A stretch of 64,000 bases of DNA from the NCBI GenBank assembly GCA_963666485.2, contig CAXXUO010000001.1, forward strand, positions 768,001 through 832,000. The letters run 5' to 3'. The notes under the pieces were generated by a model. It searched no databases. It was not told the origin of the DNA and saw only the letters and a program-made list of their open reading frames with translations. Position numbers and translations under genes: made by a program. Positions 1 to 9,607 of the stretch are shown here, piece by piece; within the stretch, counting starts at the first letter, position 1; each line of letters starts with the position of its first letter. Source of the DNA: Syntrophorhabdaceae bacterium. GTDB taxonomy: Bacteria; Desulfobacterota; Syntrophorhabdia; Syntrophorhabdales; Syntrophorhabdaceae.

Positions 1-99
1 AAACGGGTTCAGGGACACATGCAGGTCCCTGGAGGCGATGTTAGGATGGTCGGGCCGCCACCTGGAGTGAGTTCTCCGGGGTGCGGCTTTTTTGTTGGG
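1..99 (+). ncRNA. Riboswitch-like element copy 1 (nhaA-I/Li+-like aptamer plus intrinsic terminator); may be 5'-truncated by the window edge
   Basis: GGGT, then a 9-bp hairpin (8-16/25-33), then TGGTCGGGCCGCC. The GCCGC starts a terminator stem (54-87) followed by T6 (88-93). Exact duplicate at 138-236. Family recalled from the motif, not searched. Confidence 0.6.
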
Positions 100-137
100 A
101 GGACCTTGAGAAACGGCGCATTACAACTGAATATGTA

Positions 138-236
138 AAACGGGTTCAGGGACACATGCAGGTCCCTGGAGGCGATGTTAGGATGGTCGGGCCGCCACCT
201 GGAGTGAGTTCTCCGGGGTGCGGCTTTTTTGTTGGG
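138..236 (+). ncRNA. Riboswitch-like element copy 2 (nhaA-I/Li+-like aptamer plus intrinsic terminator)
   Basis: 99/99 identical to 1-99; ends 28 nt upstream of the ATG at 265 (SD GGAGGG). Confidence 0.6.
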
Positions 237-264
237 GTATCTAAAAAAAGGGGAGGGAAAGACG

Positions 265-678
265 ATGGAAAGAAAAACACATTGGGCCATGATCGGACTT
301 GTTGTTGCGGTATGTTTCCTCGCGGTCGCGACGTTTTCGTACGGTTTTGACGAAAAACAGCTCAAGACATTCAAAGCGAGCAACGCCTGTAAGAAGTGTG
401 ACCTGTCGGGGGCGAATCTGACAGGCGCGGACTTGACCTATGCCGACCTGTCGGGGGCGAATCTTTCAGGGGCGAATCTTTCAGGGGCGATCCTGCAGAG
501 CGCCAACCTGTCGGGGGCCAATCTTTCAGGGGCCAATTGCAGCGGAGCGAACTTCAACGAGGCCAACTTTAAAGGAGCAAACGTCACGAAAGCAAACTTT
601 GCAAAAGCGTATTTCGACCAGGCCAAATGGACCGACGGCAAAATGTGCGCCGTCGGGTCGCTGGGTCAATGCAAATAA
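265..678 (+). CDS. Secreted pentapeptide-repeat protein
   Basis: Signal-peptide-like N-terminus, CxxC, then A(N/D)LSG-type pentapeptide repeats; SD before ATG 265. Confidence 0.9.
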   Translation: MERKTHWAMIGLVVAVCFLAVATFSYGFDEKQLKTFKASNACKKCDLSGANLTGADLTYADLSGANLSGANLSGAILQSANLSGANLSGANCSGANFNEANFKGANVTKANFAKAYFDQAKWTDGKMCAVGSLGQCK

Positions 679-739
679 AGGACGGGCATAAGGCCCGGGA
701 CGGGCTTTATCGATACACAAAAAAACAGGAGGAGTTGTA

Positions 740-1321
740 ATGAAAAGGTGTTTGGTAATGTCAGGAATCATTTTCGTATTCGTGATGGTAATGCTTTCGT
801 ACGCGTCGGCGGCGGACCTTACAGCGGACATGATCACAAAAGAAGGAAAGATCACGAGCAAGGGAAAGCTTTACATGAACGGCAACAAGGTTCGTGCGGA
901 CAAAGGAAATACGCCTATCTACAATATCGTGAGGGGAGATAAGGGTGTATTATGGCAGGTAAATGGCGCCGAAAACACATATGTTGAAGCGAAGATCACG
1001 CCGGCCGTAAACCTCTGGACCACAGAGAAGATACCGGGCGAGGTAAGCAGGAAAGAGCTGGGTGCCGAGAAGATCGACGGCTATGCCGTTAAAAAATACG
1101 AGGTTTCGGTCAAACAGGGAAAGAACACGAGCACATACTACCAGTGGGTAGCGACCGATCTTCGTTTCCCGATAAAGGTGGCAAATGCCAACGGGAAATG
1201 GAGCATCGAATACAAGAATATAAAGAAAGGCACGCCTGCCGATTCCGTCTTCAACCTGCCGAAAGGTGCCTCGATCGATACAATGTCAGTACCGGATGTA
1301 TTGAGCGGCGGCGGACACTAA
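740..1321 (+). CDS. Secreted hypothetical protein (DUF4412/LolA-like fold)
   Basis: SD AGGAGG, signal peptide ending ASA-A, C-terminal 'SVFNLPKG' typical of DUF4412-like proteins. Confidence 0.7.
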   Translation: MKRCLVMSGIIFVFVMVMLSYASAADLTADMITKEGKITSKGKLYMNGNKVRADKGNTPIYNIVRGDKGVLWQVNGAENTYVEAKITPAVNLWTTEKIPGEVSRKELGAEKIDGYAVKKYEVSVKQGKNTSTYYQWVATDLRFPIKVANANGKWSIEYKNIKKGTPADSVFNLPKGASIDTMSVPDVLSGGGH

Positions 1322-1328
1322 AATGAAC

Positions 1329-1469
1329 GCGTAAGGCGTAAGGCGTTAGAAACTCGAATAACCAAAAATAAAAGCCGGGAGGAATCCCGGCTTTTTTATA
1401 TCGTGTTGTGATGAGTTTATTTTCTGTTACTTTTTGACGCCTTACGCCCTCACGCCTTACGCCTTACGA
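1329..1469. repeat. Inverted heptamer arrays (GCGTAAG x3 / CTTACGC x~5) flanking a terminator
   Basis: 1329-1349 GCGTAAG GCGTAAG GCGTTAG; 1434-1469 carries the reverse-complement units. Confidence 0.8.
1370..1397. terminator. Bidirectional intrinsic terminator
   Basis: AAAAGCCGGGA-GGAA-TCCCGGCTTTT between convergent genes. Confidence 0.85.
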
Positions 1470-1472
1470 TTT

Positions 1473-1967
1473 TTACTTCACCGAATATCCCCTTCCCTCC
1501 ATGCAGGCGGTAAAGGCTTTGTTGAACGTCTGTTTCTGACCGGCTGCTGCGCTTTGCTGCTGCTGCGCCTGCGCTTTACGGCTTTGCTGTTTTCCTCTTA
1601 CCGCGCCGGCTGCTGCGCCGACACCGGCACCTTTGCCCGCGTCGTCGTTCGCGACCTCACCCACCACGGCGCCCCGCATGGCGCCCCGGGCAGCACCCTT
1701 CACGCGCGAGCCGTCAGGGCCTGCCGGCTGCTGCTGTTTCGGCGGTGCCGCCGGATCGGCTATGCCTGTCTGCTGCTGGGACCATTTGTAGCAGTCCGTT
1801 TCGTCCTTCGCCTGGACATCTCCTGACTGCCCTTTCGCGGGGTACACCATGACCCCGAGGTTCTTTGAGATGACCTGGGCTTGTACCGGCAGTACGCATC
1901 CCAGGACCAGGACGAAACATCCGGTCAGTGCGGGTAAAAACAATGCTATTCTCGCTGTGTGACTCAT
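1473..1967 (-). CDS. Secreted glycine-zipper (YMGG-like) protein
   Basis: Signal peptide, 'YPAKGQS..QAKDETDC', Gly/Ala zipper, C-terminal 'ACMEGRGYSVK'. Confidence 0.8.
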   Translation of the reverse strand: MSHTARIALFLPALTGCFVLVLGCVLPVQAQVISKNLGVMVYPAKGQSGDVQAKDETDCYKWSQQQTGIADPAAPPKQQQPAGPDGSRVKGAARGAMRGAVVGEVANDDAGKGAGVGAAAGAVRGKQQSRKAQAQQQQSAAAGQKQTFNKAFTACMEGRGYSVK

Positions 1968-2104
1968 TTCCGCGCCTCCTTTTTATGCCGGGCCAAAGAA
2001 CCGGGCGTTGTACATTTCAAACTACGTTCCTTCACGATCCGTGTCAACTGTTTTTCTTTCGGCTGCAGCCGGGCATTTCCGTCATCCCCGAAGACCGGGC
2101 GGCT

Positions 2105-4474
2105 TTATGATTTGAGGTATGGCTCGAGCCCCTCGGCGCTGCGGATGTGGATATCCTGCTGGGGATAGGCCATTTCGATATTATTTTCCCTGAACGCCTT
2201 CTCCACTTCGAAGCGGATGGCTGACGCTGTTTTGTCCCTCATCTGAACAGGCCGCCGTATCCAGTACCGCAGGCGGAACGCGAGGGCGTTGTCCCCGAAA
2301 TCCCAGAAAAGGACATAGGGCTCGGGATCTTTCAGGACGGCGGGGTTTGAATCGGCACACCGGATCAGGATATCCCTCACCAGTTCCGTATTTGAACCGT
2401 ATGCCACCGCCACGGCGATCTCGGCCCGGCCCTTGGGGTCCCTGTACGTCCAGTTGACGATGTTCTTATTTATCAGGTCCGAGTTCGGGATGAATATGGT
2501 GGAATCGTCGTTCGTCTGCATGATCGTGTTGCGGATATTTACCCTGATGACCGTACCGCGGATATTTTCAAGCTGAATTTCATCGCCCGGATGGATGGAC
2601 CTTCCGAAAAGCAGTATGAGCCCGCTGAAAAAGTTCTTGATAAGCTCCTGCAGGCCGAACCCGGCACCGATCGATAATCCGCCGGCGACAATGGCGAGAT
2701 GCGTTACGCTGACCCCGATAAGCTTCAATGAGACCAGTATCGAAAGGGACCAGGTAACGTACGACGCAATGGCGTGAAGGGATTTGATGACGCCTTCCTG
2801 GAGGAGCCCGCCCGAGCCGAGCCGTGCTGCGATGAAGGTTATCAATGCGTTTACTGCAATGACCAGGGACCGGGTGATGACGACGATCGCGATGATGACG
2901 ACCAGCATCGGGACGTTCAGGGAGAGGTAACCTATATTCAGGTGCCAGCGCATGATATCGTCACGAAGAGGGGTGCCCCCGATGTAGAGGATGATCCACA
3001 CGACAGAGACTGAAAAGAGACCAAGGAAGATCATGGGGAAAACAACGCCGATGGCAAGCCTGCGGGCCGTTGTCATATTTTCCTTGCCGGCCTCGATCAG
3101 TTTCCTCATCCATCCGGCAAGGCCCGACCATAGCTCGACATTGACGGCGACAGCAAACCAGGCAGTTGCCGCCAGCAATGCAATGGCGCACCATCCCAGA
3201 AGGGCGAGGGCGATGAATACGATCGAAAACCAGAAATTGACCAGGAACAGGCTTTTGTCCAGGTCATTCTGCTCGCCTTTTTTCATGAAGAAAGACCAGG
3301 CGCCGGAGATCATGAATATAAGAACCATGGGAAGCGAATAAATGATGGTGGGCGTATGGCAGACCTCAACCGTTGTACCCGCTGCAAACATCAACCATAC
3401 GGGCCACAGCGGGTTGTGCCGGTATATCGGGCCGGCGGCGAAAATTCTCCGGAGATTCCAGCCGAGACTGACGAGCCCCGCGGCAAGTACTATCTCGGCG
3501 ATAAAACTGACCGGGGCCAGGATCCCCATGCCTGTCGTTGTGCCGAGCACCATAAGCGGCAGGCCGATGGACGTATAGATCCCGAAAACGAGGAACCTCC
3601 GGGCCGGGACCGAGGGATATTTTCGCCGGATGCGGAAGAAGATCGCCAGGAAAAGCCCGATCATCCCGGCCGCATACAGGGAGGTCCTCCCCAGGGTCCT
3701 GCCGATAACGCCGCCGTTCTGGATATACGGGATCAGCCAGTAGTCCCAGAAACCGGACATATTCACCACGACCTCCCGCAGGGTCTTCCATGTGTTTGAT
3801 GCAAAAAAAGTGGAGGTCTGCGGAAAAAGATAATATTTTTTCCAGGCGGCCCTGAGGTCGTTCTCCACTGATTTCTTTTTCGATTCCAGCCTGACGCTGA
3901 ACTCTTCGACGGCATTGGGAATTATGTCGATAATTTCTGCGGCGGTGCTCAAAAGTGCGACCGCCTTTTTAATATCGGCCGCATGATCGGCGGCGGCCTT
4001 GCGGGCTTCCTGCAGGGAATCCTGCCGGGACAGGTTTTCATACTCGACCTGATGTCCCGCCAATGTTTTTTTGAGGTCCATGATCGCCTTGTGCTCTTCG
4101 TTTATCGGGGAGACCATGGTCGTTGCCTGTTCCTCCAGTATTATCATCTGGCGCAGGGTATCGCGCATCTCTACCGGGTTGGCCTCGACCATATTGTACA
4201 TGATGGACAATCTCAGCAATTCCTGGTTGAGCTGCTGCGTCTTCTCGTGTATCTTGCCCATTCGTTCGGGCTGTGCGGCGATATATGTCTTTACATTGGT
4301 GGAAAGGGAATTGATGGCGATCTTTTCCCTTTTTATCATCTCCTCCCAGGACGCCGCGTCGGACTGCATCGTCTGGGCACGGCCTGCGGCGGGCGTCATG
4401 AGAGGGATGAAGATGGCGATCACCACACACAGGATCAATGTTCGATAAGGAGCAAGAGGATAATTGTCTTTCAT
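2105..4474 (-). CDS. Large MscS-family mechanosensitive channel (MscK-like); start uncertain
   Basis: Periplasmic coiled coil, many TM helices, MscS core 'GAGFGLQELIKNFFSG..IHPGD..IFIPNS..NWT'. Confidence 0.9.
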   Translation of the reverse strand: MKDNYPLAPYRTLILCVVIAIFIPLMTPAAGRAQTMQSDAASWEEMIKREKIAINSLSTNVKTYIAAQPERMGKIHEKTQQLNQELLRLSIMYNMVEANPVEMRDTLRQMIILEEQATTMVSPINEEHKAIMDLKKTLAGHQVEYENLSRQDSLQEARKAAADHAADIKKAVALLSTAAEIIDIIPNAVEEFSVRLESKKKSVENDLRAAWKKYYLFPQTSTFFASNTWKTLREVVVNMSGFWDYWLIPYIQNGGVIGRTLGRTSLYAAGMIGLFLAIFFRIRRKYPSVPARRFLVFGIYTSIGLPLMVLGTTTGMGILAPVSFIAEIVLAAGLVSLGWNLRRIFAAGPIYRHNPLWPVWLMFAAGTTVEVCHTPTIIYSLPMVLIFMISGAWSFFMKKGEQNDLDKSLFLVNFWFSIVFIALALLGWCAIALLAATAWFAVAVNVELWSGLAGWMRKLIEAGKENMTTARRLAIGVVFPMIFLGLFSVSVVWIILYIGGTPLRDDIMRWHLNIGYLSLNVPMLVVIIAIVVITRSLVIAVNALITFIAARLGSGGLLQEGVIKSLHAIASYVTWSLSILVSLKLIGVSVTHLAIVAGGLSIGAGFGLQELIKNFFSGLILLFGRSIHPGDEIQLENIRGTVIRVNIRNTIMQTNDDSTIFIPNSDLINKNIVNWTYRDPKGRAEIAVAVAYGSNTELVRDILIRCADSNPAVLKDPEPYVLFWDFGDNALAFRLRYWIRRPVQMRDKTASAIRFEVEKAFRENNIEMAYPQQDIHIRSAEGLEPYLKS

Positions 4475-4655
4475 GTGCATTCCGGTAATTAACAATTACA
4501 TGGCGCCGTCATTTTTTGCAAGGCTAAAACGGGGGTCTCACAATTGGGAAAGATGGCCTGTCGCCTTCCGGCGGCGCGGGCAGCAGTCTCTTCCAGGGCA
4601 TAACGGCCTTGACTTTATACATTCCCTGTGCAAAAAATGCGGGAGGGGTGCTCTT

Positions 4656-5144
4656 ATGGGACTTATCTACAGCATCATAGCGGGCGGGATCACGGCGTTA
4701 TTGACGTACTTTTTCGGCTATCCCGCCTGGGTGTTCATTATCCTCGGGGTCCTGTGGCTCGCGGCACTCGTGATATCGTTCGGTACCGGGCATCACGGTT
4801 TCGGGGGAGGGGGCAATACCGATCTCATGATCGTGATCGCGGCCCTTTTTCTGACCGGCGCGATCGTGTTCCCGAAATACGTTCAGCAGACACCCTGCAA
4901 CCGGATGAAGGCGACCCTTCAGAACCTGGACCGATACCAGAAGGAATACCGCGCCCGCAATTCCCTGTATGCGTCGCAGCTCGCTATAAGTGATTTCAAG
5001 CATGACCCCGATGTCGAGGTGATCGTGGCCTTTGCAAACCCGGAGTTCTTCATTGCCCATGCTTCGTCCCCCGACTGCAAGAATAAGGATGGTACGGTAA
5101 GGGTCCTGACGTGGGATTCGGCAAAAGGAGGGTTGCAGAACTAA
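4656..5144 (+). CDS. Membrane protein with degenerate type IV pilin-like domain
   Basis: SD GGAGG; two TM helices, then 'GF..TDLMIVIAALFLTGAIVFPKY..KATLQNL..YQ..Y'. Confidence 0.6.
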   Translation: MGLIYSIIAGGITALLTYFFGYPAWVFIILGVLWLAALVISFGTGHHGFGGGGNTDLMIVIAALFLTGAIVFPKYVQQTPCNRMKATLQNLDRYQKEYRARNSLYASQLAISDFKHDPDVEVIVAFANPEFFIAHASSPDCKNKDGTVRVLTWDSAKGGLQN

Positions 5145-5188
5145 ACCCGGCAAGCGGGTTTAGTTCTTTCAAGGTTCAAGGTTCAAGG
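5137..5188. repeat. Perfect 13-bp hairpin followed by TTCAAGG x3
   Basis: AGAACTAAACCCG-GCAAG-CGGGTTTAGTTCT (5137-5167), heptamers at 5168-5188. Confidence 0.75.
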
Positions 5189-5247
5189 CAAAAACAGCGT
5201 CCTTGAATTATGTGCAAGCAATTTACCGTTGTGATATCATTCCCGGC

Positions 5248-5979
5248 ATGAGGCAACAAGAAATCAGGCTCTTTGAACGGCTGCTCATTCTTCTGCTTCT
5301 CATCATGGGCCCGTCCGTTGTTTTTGCGCAGGTACCGTCGAGCGCGCGGTCGGTCAAGGCCGTCAATGAGGTGAGGCCGGGGCTTGAATCGCAATTGAAG
5401 GAAAAGGGCCTGACATACGGGTCACCTGTTTTTATAAGGATCTTGAAAGAATCGAAAGAGCTCGAGGTCTGGGTGAAGAAAGGAAGGTCATTTCACCTTT
5501 TCAAGATATACCCGGTCTGCACGTACGGGATTGGCGGGCTCGGCCCCAAGACAAAGGAAGGTGACTGGAAGGCGCCCGAAGGGTTCTATGCCGTTACGCC
5601 CGAGAGGTTGAACCCGGTAAGCAAATATCATCTTGCTCTCAACATCGGCTACCCGAACGCGTACGACAGGGCCCATGGCCGGACGGGGAGCGCGATCATG
5701 ATACATGGCGACTGTGTATCCGTCGGATGCTTCGCCATGACCGACCCTGCTATAGAAGAGATATACGCGCTCGCCGACGGGGCGTTCAGGAACGGGCAGG
5801 GATCCATCATGGTGCATATATTTCCCTTCCGCATGACAGGCGAAAAACTCAAGAAGACGGCGAAAAGCGAGTGGAGGGAATTCTGGGGCGATCTCAAGCA
5901 GGGCTACGATCTTTTTGAGAAGAGGCGCGTCCCGCCGCAAACGTCCGTCGAGAACAGGCGCTACGTTTTCCGGCAATGA
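5248..5979 (+). CDS. YkuD-domain L,D-transpeptidase family protein (YafK/DpaA-like)
   Basis: 'GPKTKEGD..PEGFY', 'GYPNAYD', catalytic 'IMIHGDCVSVGCFAM'; signal peptide. Confidence 0.9.
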   Translation: MRQQEIRLFERLLILLLLIMGPSVVFAQVPSSARSVKAVNEVRPGLESQLKEKGLTYGSPVFIRILKESKELEVWVKKGRSFHLFKIYPVCTYGIGGLGPKTKEGDWKAPEGFYAVTPERLNPVSKYHLALNIGYPNAYDRAHGRTGSAIMIHGDCVSVGCFAMTDPAIEEIYALADGAFRNGQGSIMVHIFPFRMTGEKLKKTAKSEWREFWGDLKQGYDLFEKRRVPPQTSVENRRYVFRQ

Positions 5980-5994
5980 TGCATGAAATGATCT

Positions 5995-6432
5995 TCAGGG
6001 TGCTCCCGGTACCGTATCTTCTATGAATTCCCGTACTTTTTCTTTTATGGCATCACGGACCCGGCGCGTCTTTGCGAGTTTTTCCTCATCTGTACCCGTG
6101 AACGACCCGGGGTCTTCAAAATGCCAGTGCAGGGTTTCCGTCCTGAGGCCGGGGAATAACGGACAGGTCTCGGCTTCGGCACAGACGGTGATGACATACG
6201 AGAACAGTTCGCCGTCCCGGTATTTTTCAAAAACGCTTTTCGTCGTGTTCCGGGATATGTCTATCCCCGCCTCGTTCATCACCTCGACCGCGAGAGGATT
6301 AAGGACGCCGGGTTCCATTCCCGCGCTTTCGGCCTGAAAGCGGTCACCGGCTATATGATTGAGGAACGCCTCGGCCATCTGGCTCCTGGCGCTGTTGTGG
6401 ACGCATACGAATAATACTTTTATTTTATTCAT
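5995..6432 (-). CDS. arsC: Thioredoxin-type arsenate reductase (LMW-PTP family)
   Basis: P-loop '[14 protein letters not shown]', 'ITVC..ETCP' resolving cysteines, 'HWHFEDP'. Confidence 0.85.
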   Translation of the reverse strand: MNKIKVLFVCVHNSARSQMAEAFLNHIAGDRFQAESAGMEPGVLNPLAVEVMNEAGIDISRNTTKSVFEKYRDGELFSYVITVCAEAETCPLFPGLRTETLHWHFEDPGSFTGTDEEKLAKTRRVRDAIKEKVREFIEDTVPGAP

Positions 6433-6439
6433 TTGCCGT

Positions 6440-7108
6440 TTATGTGGGCTCGTCCCGTTCTTCAAAATGATGTTTGATCACCCTGCCTTCAACCATAAAT
6501 ATAACGTCTTCGCAGATATTCGTCGAGAGGTCCGCGATCCTTTCCAGGTTATTGGCTATCCTGATGAGGTGCAACGACCGCTCGATGGTTGTCGCGTCGG
6601 ATGTCATGAAGGTGACCAGTTCCCGGAAGATCTGGTCGTGGAGCGCATCGATAATGTGGTCCTTCTCGCACACCTCCTGGGCCAGGCGCGCATCTTCGTC
6701 GATGAAGGACGTAATGGCATCATTGACGCTCCGGATAGTTTCCGACGCCATGCGGGGGATGTCCACGAGAGGCTTCACCGGGGCGTGGGAAACGAGGAAG
6801 AGCCCGCTGTCGGCAATATTGGCAATATGGTCCCCCATGCGCTCGAGATCGCTGTTCATTTTGAACACCATGAGCACGATCCTCAGGGCCCGTGCCCGCG
6901 GCTCGAACTGGGCTATCGTCGTTGTGCACAGTTCGTCCAGCCTGATCTCACGGTCGTTCGTGGCCGGCTCCAGAACGTCTATGACCTCCTTGAGCGGCTC
7001 TTGTTCCCGTGCCCACAGGCCCGCGATGCTCTTCATGATCATTTCTTCGATCAGTACGCCGTATTCGACGATCTCTTTCTTGAGCTCTTTTATCCTGTCC
7101 TGCAGCAT
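6440..7108 (-). CDS. phoU: Phosphate signalling protein PhoU
   Basis: Two PhoU repeats 'DLERMGDH', '[12 protein letters not shown]'; follows pstB. Confidence 0.95.
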   Translation of the reverse strand: MLQDRIKELKKEIVEYGVLIEEMIMKSIAGLWAREQEPLKEVIDVLEPATNDREIRLDELCTTTIAQFEPRARALRIVLMVFKMNSDLERMGDHIANIADSGLFLVSHAPVKPLVDIPRMASETIRSVNDAITSFIDEDARLAQEVCEKDHIIDALHDQIFRELVTFMTSDATTIERSLHLIRIANNLERIADLSTNICEDVIFMVEGRVIKHHFEERDEPT

Positions 7109-7116
7109 CCTTCCTC

Positions 7117-7875
7117 CTAACCAAATTTACCTGTCAGGTATTCTTCTGTGCGTTTATCTTTCGGTACGGTGAACATCTTCTCCGTCGTCCCGAATTCCAC
7201 AAGCTCTCCCAGGTATATAAAGGCGGTTACGTCCGACACACGGGCGGCCTGTGCGATGTTGTGGGTAACGAGGAGCATGGTCACGGTCTTCTTGAGCTCG
7301 ACAAAGAGGTCTTCGATCTGCGCGGTCGATTTCGGGTCAAGTGCAGACGTGGGTTCGTCGAACAGGATTATCTCCGGGTTCATGGCGAGCGCCCGCGCAA
7401 TACAGAGGCGCTGCTGCTGACCCCCGGAAAGGAAGGTTCCCTTGCGGTGGAGGTTGTCCTTGACCTCGCCCCAGAGCGCCGCATTCTTGAGCGATCTCTC
7501 GACAATCCCGTCCATCTCCGATTTGGGAAGCTTGATGCCGTTCAGCTTATACCCCGCAACGACATTGTCATAGATGCTCATCGTCGGGAACGGGTTCGGT
7601 TTCTGGAACACCATGCCGACCTTCCGCCTGAGGATTATAGGCTGCATGTCATAGATGTCCTCGTTCATGAGGAACATTTTTCCCGACACCGCAGCGCCGG
7701 GAATGAGCTCGTGCATCCTGTTGACGCATCGTATGAGCGTCGTCTTGCCGCAGCCCGAAGGACCCATTAGTGCCGCGACGATATTCTTTTCGATCGTCAG
7801 GTTAATGTTATGGAGAATTTGATGGTCCCCAAAACTTGCACTGAAATCCTTGACGGTCAGTACTGTATTTTCCAT
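7117..7875 (-). CDS. pstB: Phosphate ABC transporter ATPase
   Basis: GPSGCGKT, 'VFQKPNPFPTMSIYDNV', LSGGQQQR, DEPTSALDP, 'TEEYLTGKFG'. Confidence 0.96.
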   Translation of the reverse strand: MENTVLTVKDFSASFGDHQILHNINLTIEKNIVAALMGPSGCGKTTLIRCVNRMHELIPGAAVSGKMFLMNEDIYDMQPIILRRKVGMVFQKPNPFPTMSIYDNVVAGYKLNGIKLPKSEMDGIVERSLKNAALWGEVKDNLHRKGTFLSGGQQQRLCIARALAMNPEIILFDEPTSALDPKSTAQIEDLFVELKKTVTMLLVTHNIAQAARVSDVTAFIYLGELVEFGTTEKMFTVPKDKRTEEYLTGKFG

Positions 7876-8702
7876 TTTGCAGATATACCTCGCGCAACCA
7901 TATTTAAAGAAAGCGTCAGAACAACCAGGATGAATGAAGCACCCCAGGCAAAAGAATGCCATTCGGGGTACGGACTCATTGCGTAATAGAAGATCCGGTA
8001 CGGGAGCGAATCGATCGGCTTGAAGATATTCATGTTCATGAACTGGTTGCCGAAGGCCGTAAAGAGGAGCGGCGCCGTCTCTCCCGTGATCCTGGCTACG
8101 CTCAGCAGGATGCCGGTCAGGATGCCGCTCATGCCGGACGGGAGTATGACCTTGAGCATTGTCCTGTAATAGGGCACCCCGAGCGCCAGGGAGGCTTCCT
8201 TCAAGTGGTACGGGACGAGCTTCAAGGTCTCTTCCGTCGTCTTGACAATGACGGGGAGCATCATGACGGCAAGGGCGATGCCGCCCGAGAAGGCCGAGAA
8301 TGTCTTGAGCGGGCCGACGATCCACAGGTACGCGATGATCCCTATGACTATCGACGGCGTCCCCTGGAGGACGACGACACTCAGGCGTATCGCATTGCCG
8401 AGCTTGCCGGCCTGGTGCTCGGCAAGGTAAATGCCGGCCGCTATGCCGCAGGGTATCGACAGGGCGCTCGACAGGACAATGAGCATCAGCGTCCCCACGA
8501 TCGCGTTGAAGATGCCCCCGCCCGTCTCTCCCGTCGGGCGCGGCAGGCTTGTCAGGAATTCCCAGTTGATGACCGCGATCCCGTTCCTTGTTATGTAATA
8601 GAGGATAAGAAACAGGGGCAGCAGCGACAAGAAGGCAAAAAGGCAGACGAGGCCCTTGAATATCTTTTCTTTTGCGAGGCGCGCCCGGACGTTGTCACGC
8701 AT
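7857..8702 (-). CDS. pstA: Phosphate ABC transporter permease
   Basis: 'PSIVIG', 'EASLALG', 'ARITGETAPLLFT'. Confidence 0.95.
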   Translation of the reverse strand: MRDNVRARLAKEKIFKGLVCLFAFLSLLPLFLILYYITRNGIAVINWEFLTSLPRPTGETGGGIFNAIVGTLMLIVLSSALSIPCGIAAGIYLAEHQAGKLGNAIRLSVVVLQGTPSIVIGIIAYLWIVGPLKTFSAFSGGIALAVMMLPVIVKTTEETLKLVPYHLKEASLALGVPYYRTMLKVILPSGMSGILTGILLSVARITGETAPLLFTAFGNQFMNMNIFKPIDSLPYRIFYYAMSPYPEWHSFAWGASFILVVLTLSLNMVARGISAKWKIQY

Positions 8703-9607
8703 CAGGTCACCTCGCGCGATGATTCGACGGTAAGCTTCTGGATCACCCATGTCCCGGCCATGTTGACGATCATCGTGACAAAGAACAGGACCAGGGCCAG
8801 GTATATCAGTGACGCCGACGTTATCCCTGTCGCCTCGGCAAATTCGTTCGCTATGACGCTTGCCATTGTGTTGGCGGGGCTGAATATGCTTGTCGGGAGA
8901 AAATTGCTGTTTCCGATGAGCATCGTGACCGCCATCGTCTCTCCTATGGCCCGTCCCAGCGAAAGAAGGATCCCGGCAATGATCCCCGACCGTGCATAGG
9001 GAACGACGATATTCTTCACCACTTCGAAACGCGTCGCCCCAAGCGAATAGGCCGCCTCCTTGAGATCGGCCGGAACGAACGTGATGACCTCCCTGCCGAT
9101 CGAGGCAGCAAACGGGATGATCATGATCGCAAGGATGAGCGACGATGTCAGAATCCCGACGCCCTGGGGTGCGACGCCAAGTTTTGTCTCGATATACCGT
9201 ACGGCCGGCATAAGCAGGAATAGCCCCCATAACCCGTATATGACCGACGGGATGCCCGCCAGCACCTCGACGGCACTCCGCAGAAAGGCCGAAACGGCGC
9301 CGTTCCTGTAATACTCGCCGAGAAAGAGCGCTATAGCCAGCGAGAACGGCACGGATATCAAGAGCGCCAGGAATGACGTCAGGAGCGTCCCGGCGAGGAA
9401 CGGAAGCGCACCGAACGTCTCCGTTGCCGCGTTCCATGTCTTCCCAATAAAGAAACCGGCGCCGAATTCACGGATCGCAGGAATGGAGTTGAAAAAAAGC
9501 GTCACCATTATCCCGATAAGGAGAAGCACGATAAGGCCGCCGCTTATTGCGAGGACGACGGTGAACGTTCTTTCGGAGCGGTCTATATGGGGTGTCGGTC
9601 GTGTCAT
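8702..9607 (-). CDS. pstC: Phosphate ABC transporter permease
   Basis: 'LAGIPSVIYGLWG', 'EAAYSLGAT', 'GRAIGETMAVTM'. Confidence 0.95.
   Translation of the reverse strand: MTRPTPHIDRSERTFTVVLAISGGLIVLLLIGIMVTLFFNSIPAIREFGAGFFIGKTWNAATETFGALPFLAGTLLTSFLALLISVPFSLAIALFLGEYYRNGAVSAFLRSAVEVLAGIPSVIYGLWGLFLLMPAVRYIETKLGVAPQGVGILTSSLILAIMIIPFAASIGREVITFVPADLKEAAYSLGATRFEVVKNIVVPYARSGIIAGILLSLGRAIGETMAVTMLIGNSNFLPTSIFSPANTMASVIANEFAEATGITSASLIYLALVLFFVTMIVNMAGTWVIQKLTVESSREVT

Noticed and set aside
1..236. CRISPR array
   Set aside because: The repeat is 99 bp with two copies and a built-in terminator; no cas genes.
400..600. 15-bp tandem DNA repeats
   Set aside because: Explained by pentapeptide-repeat coding.
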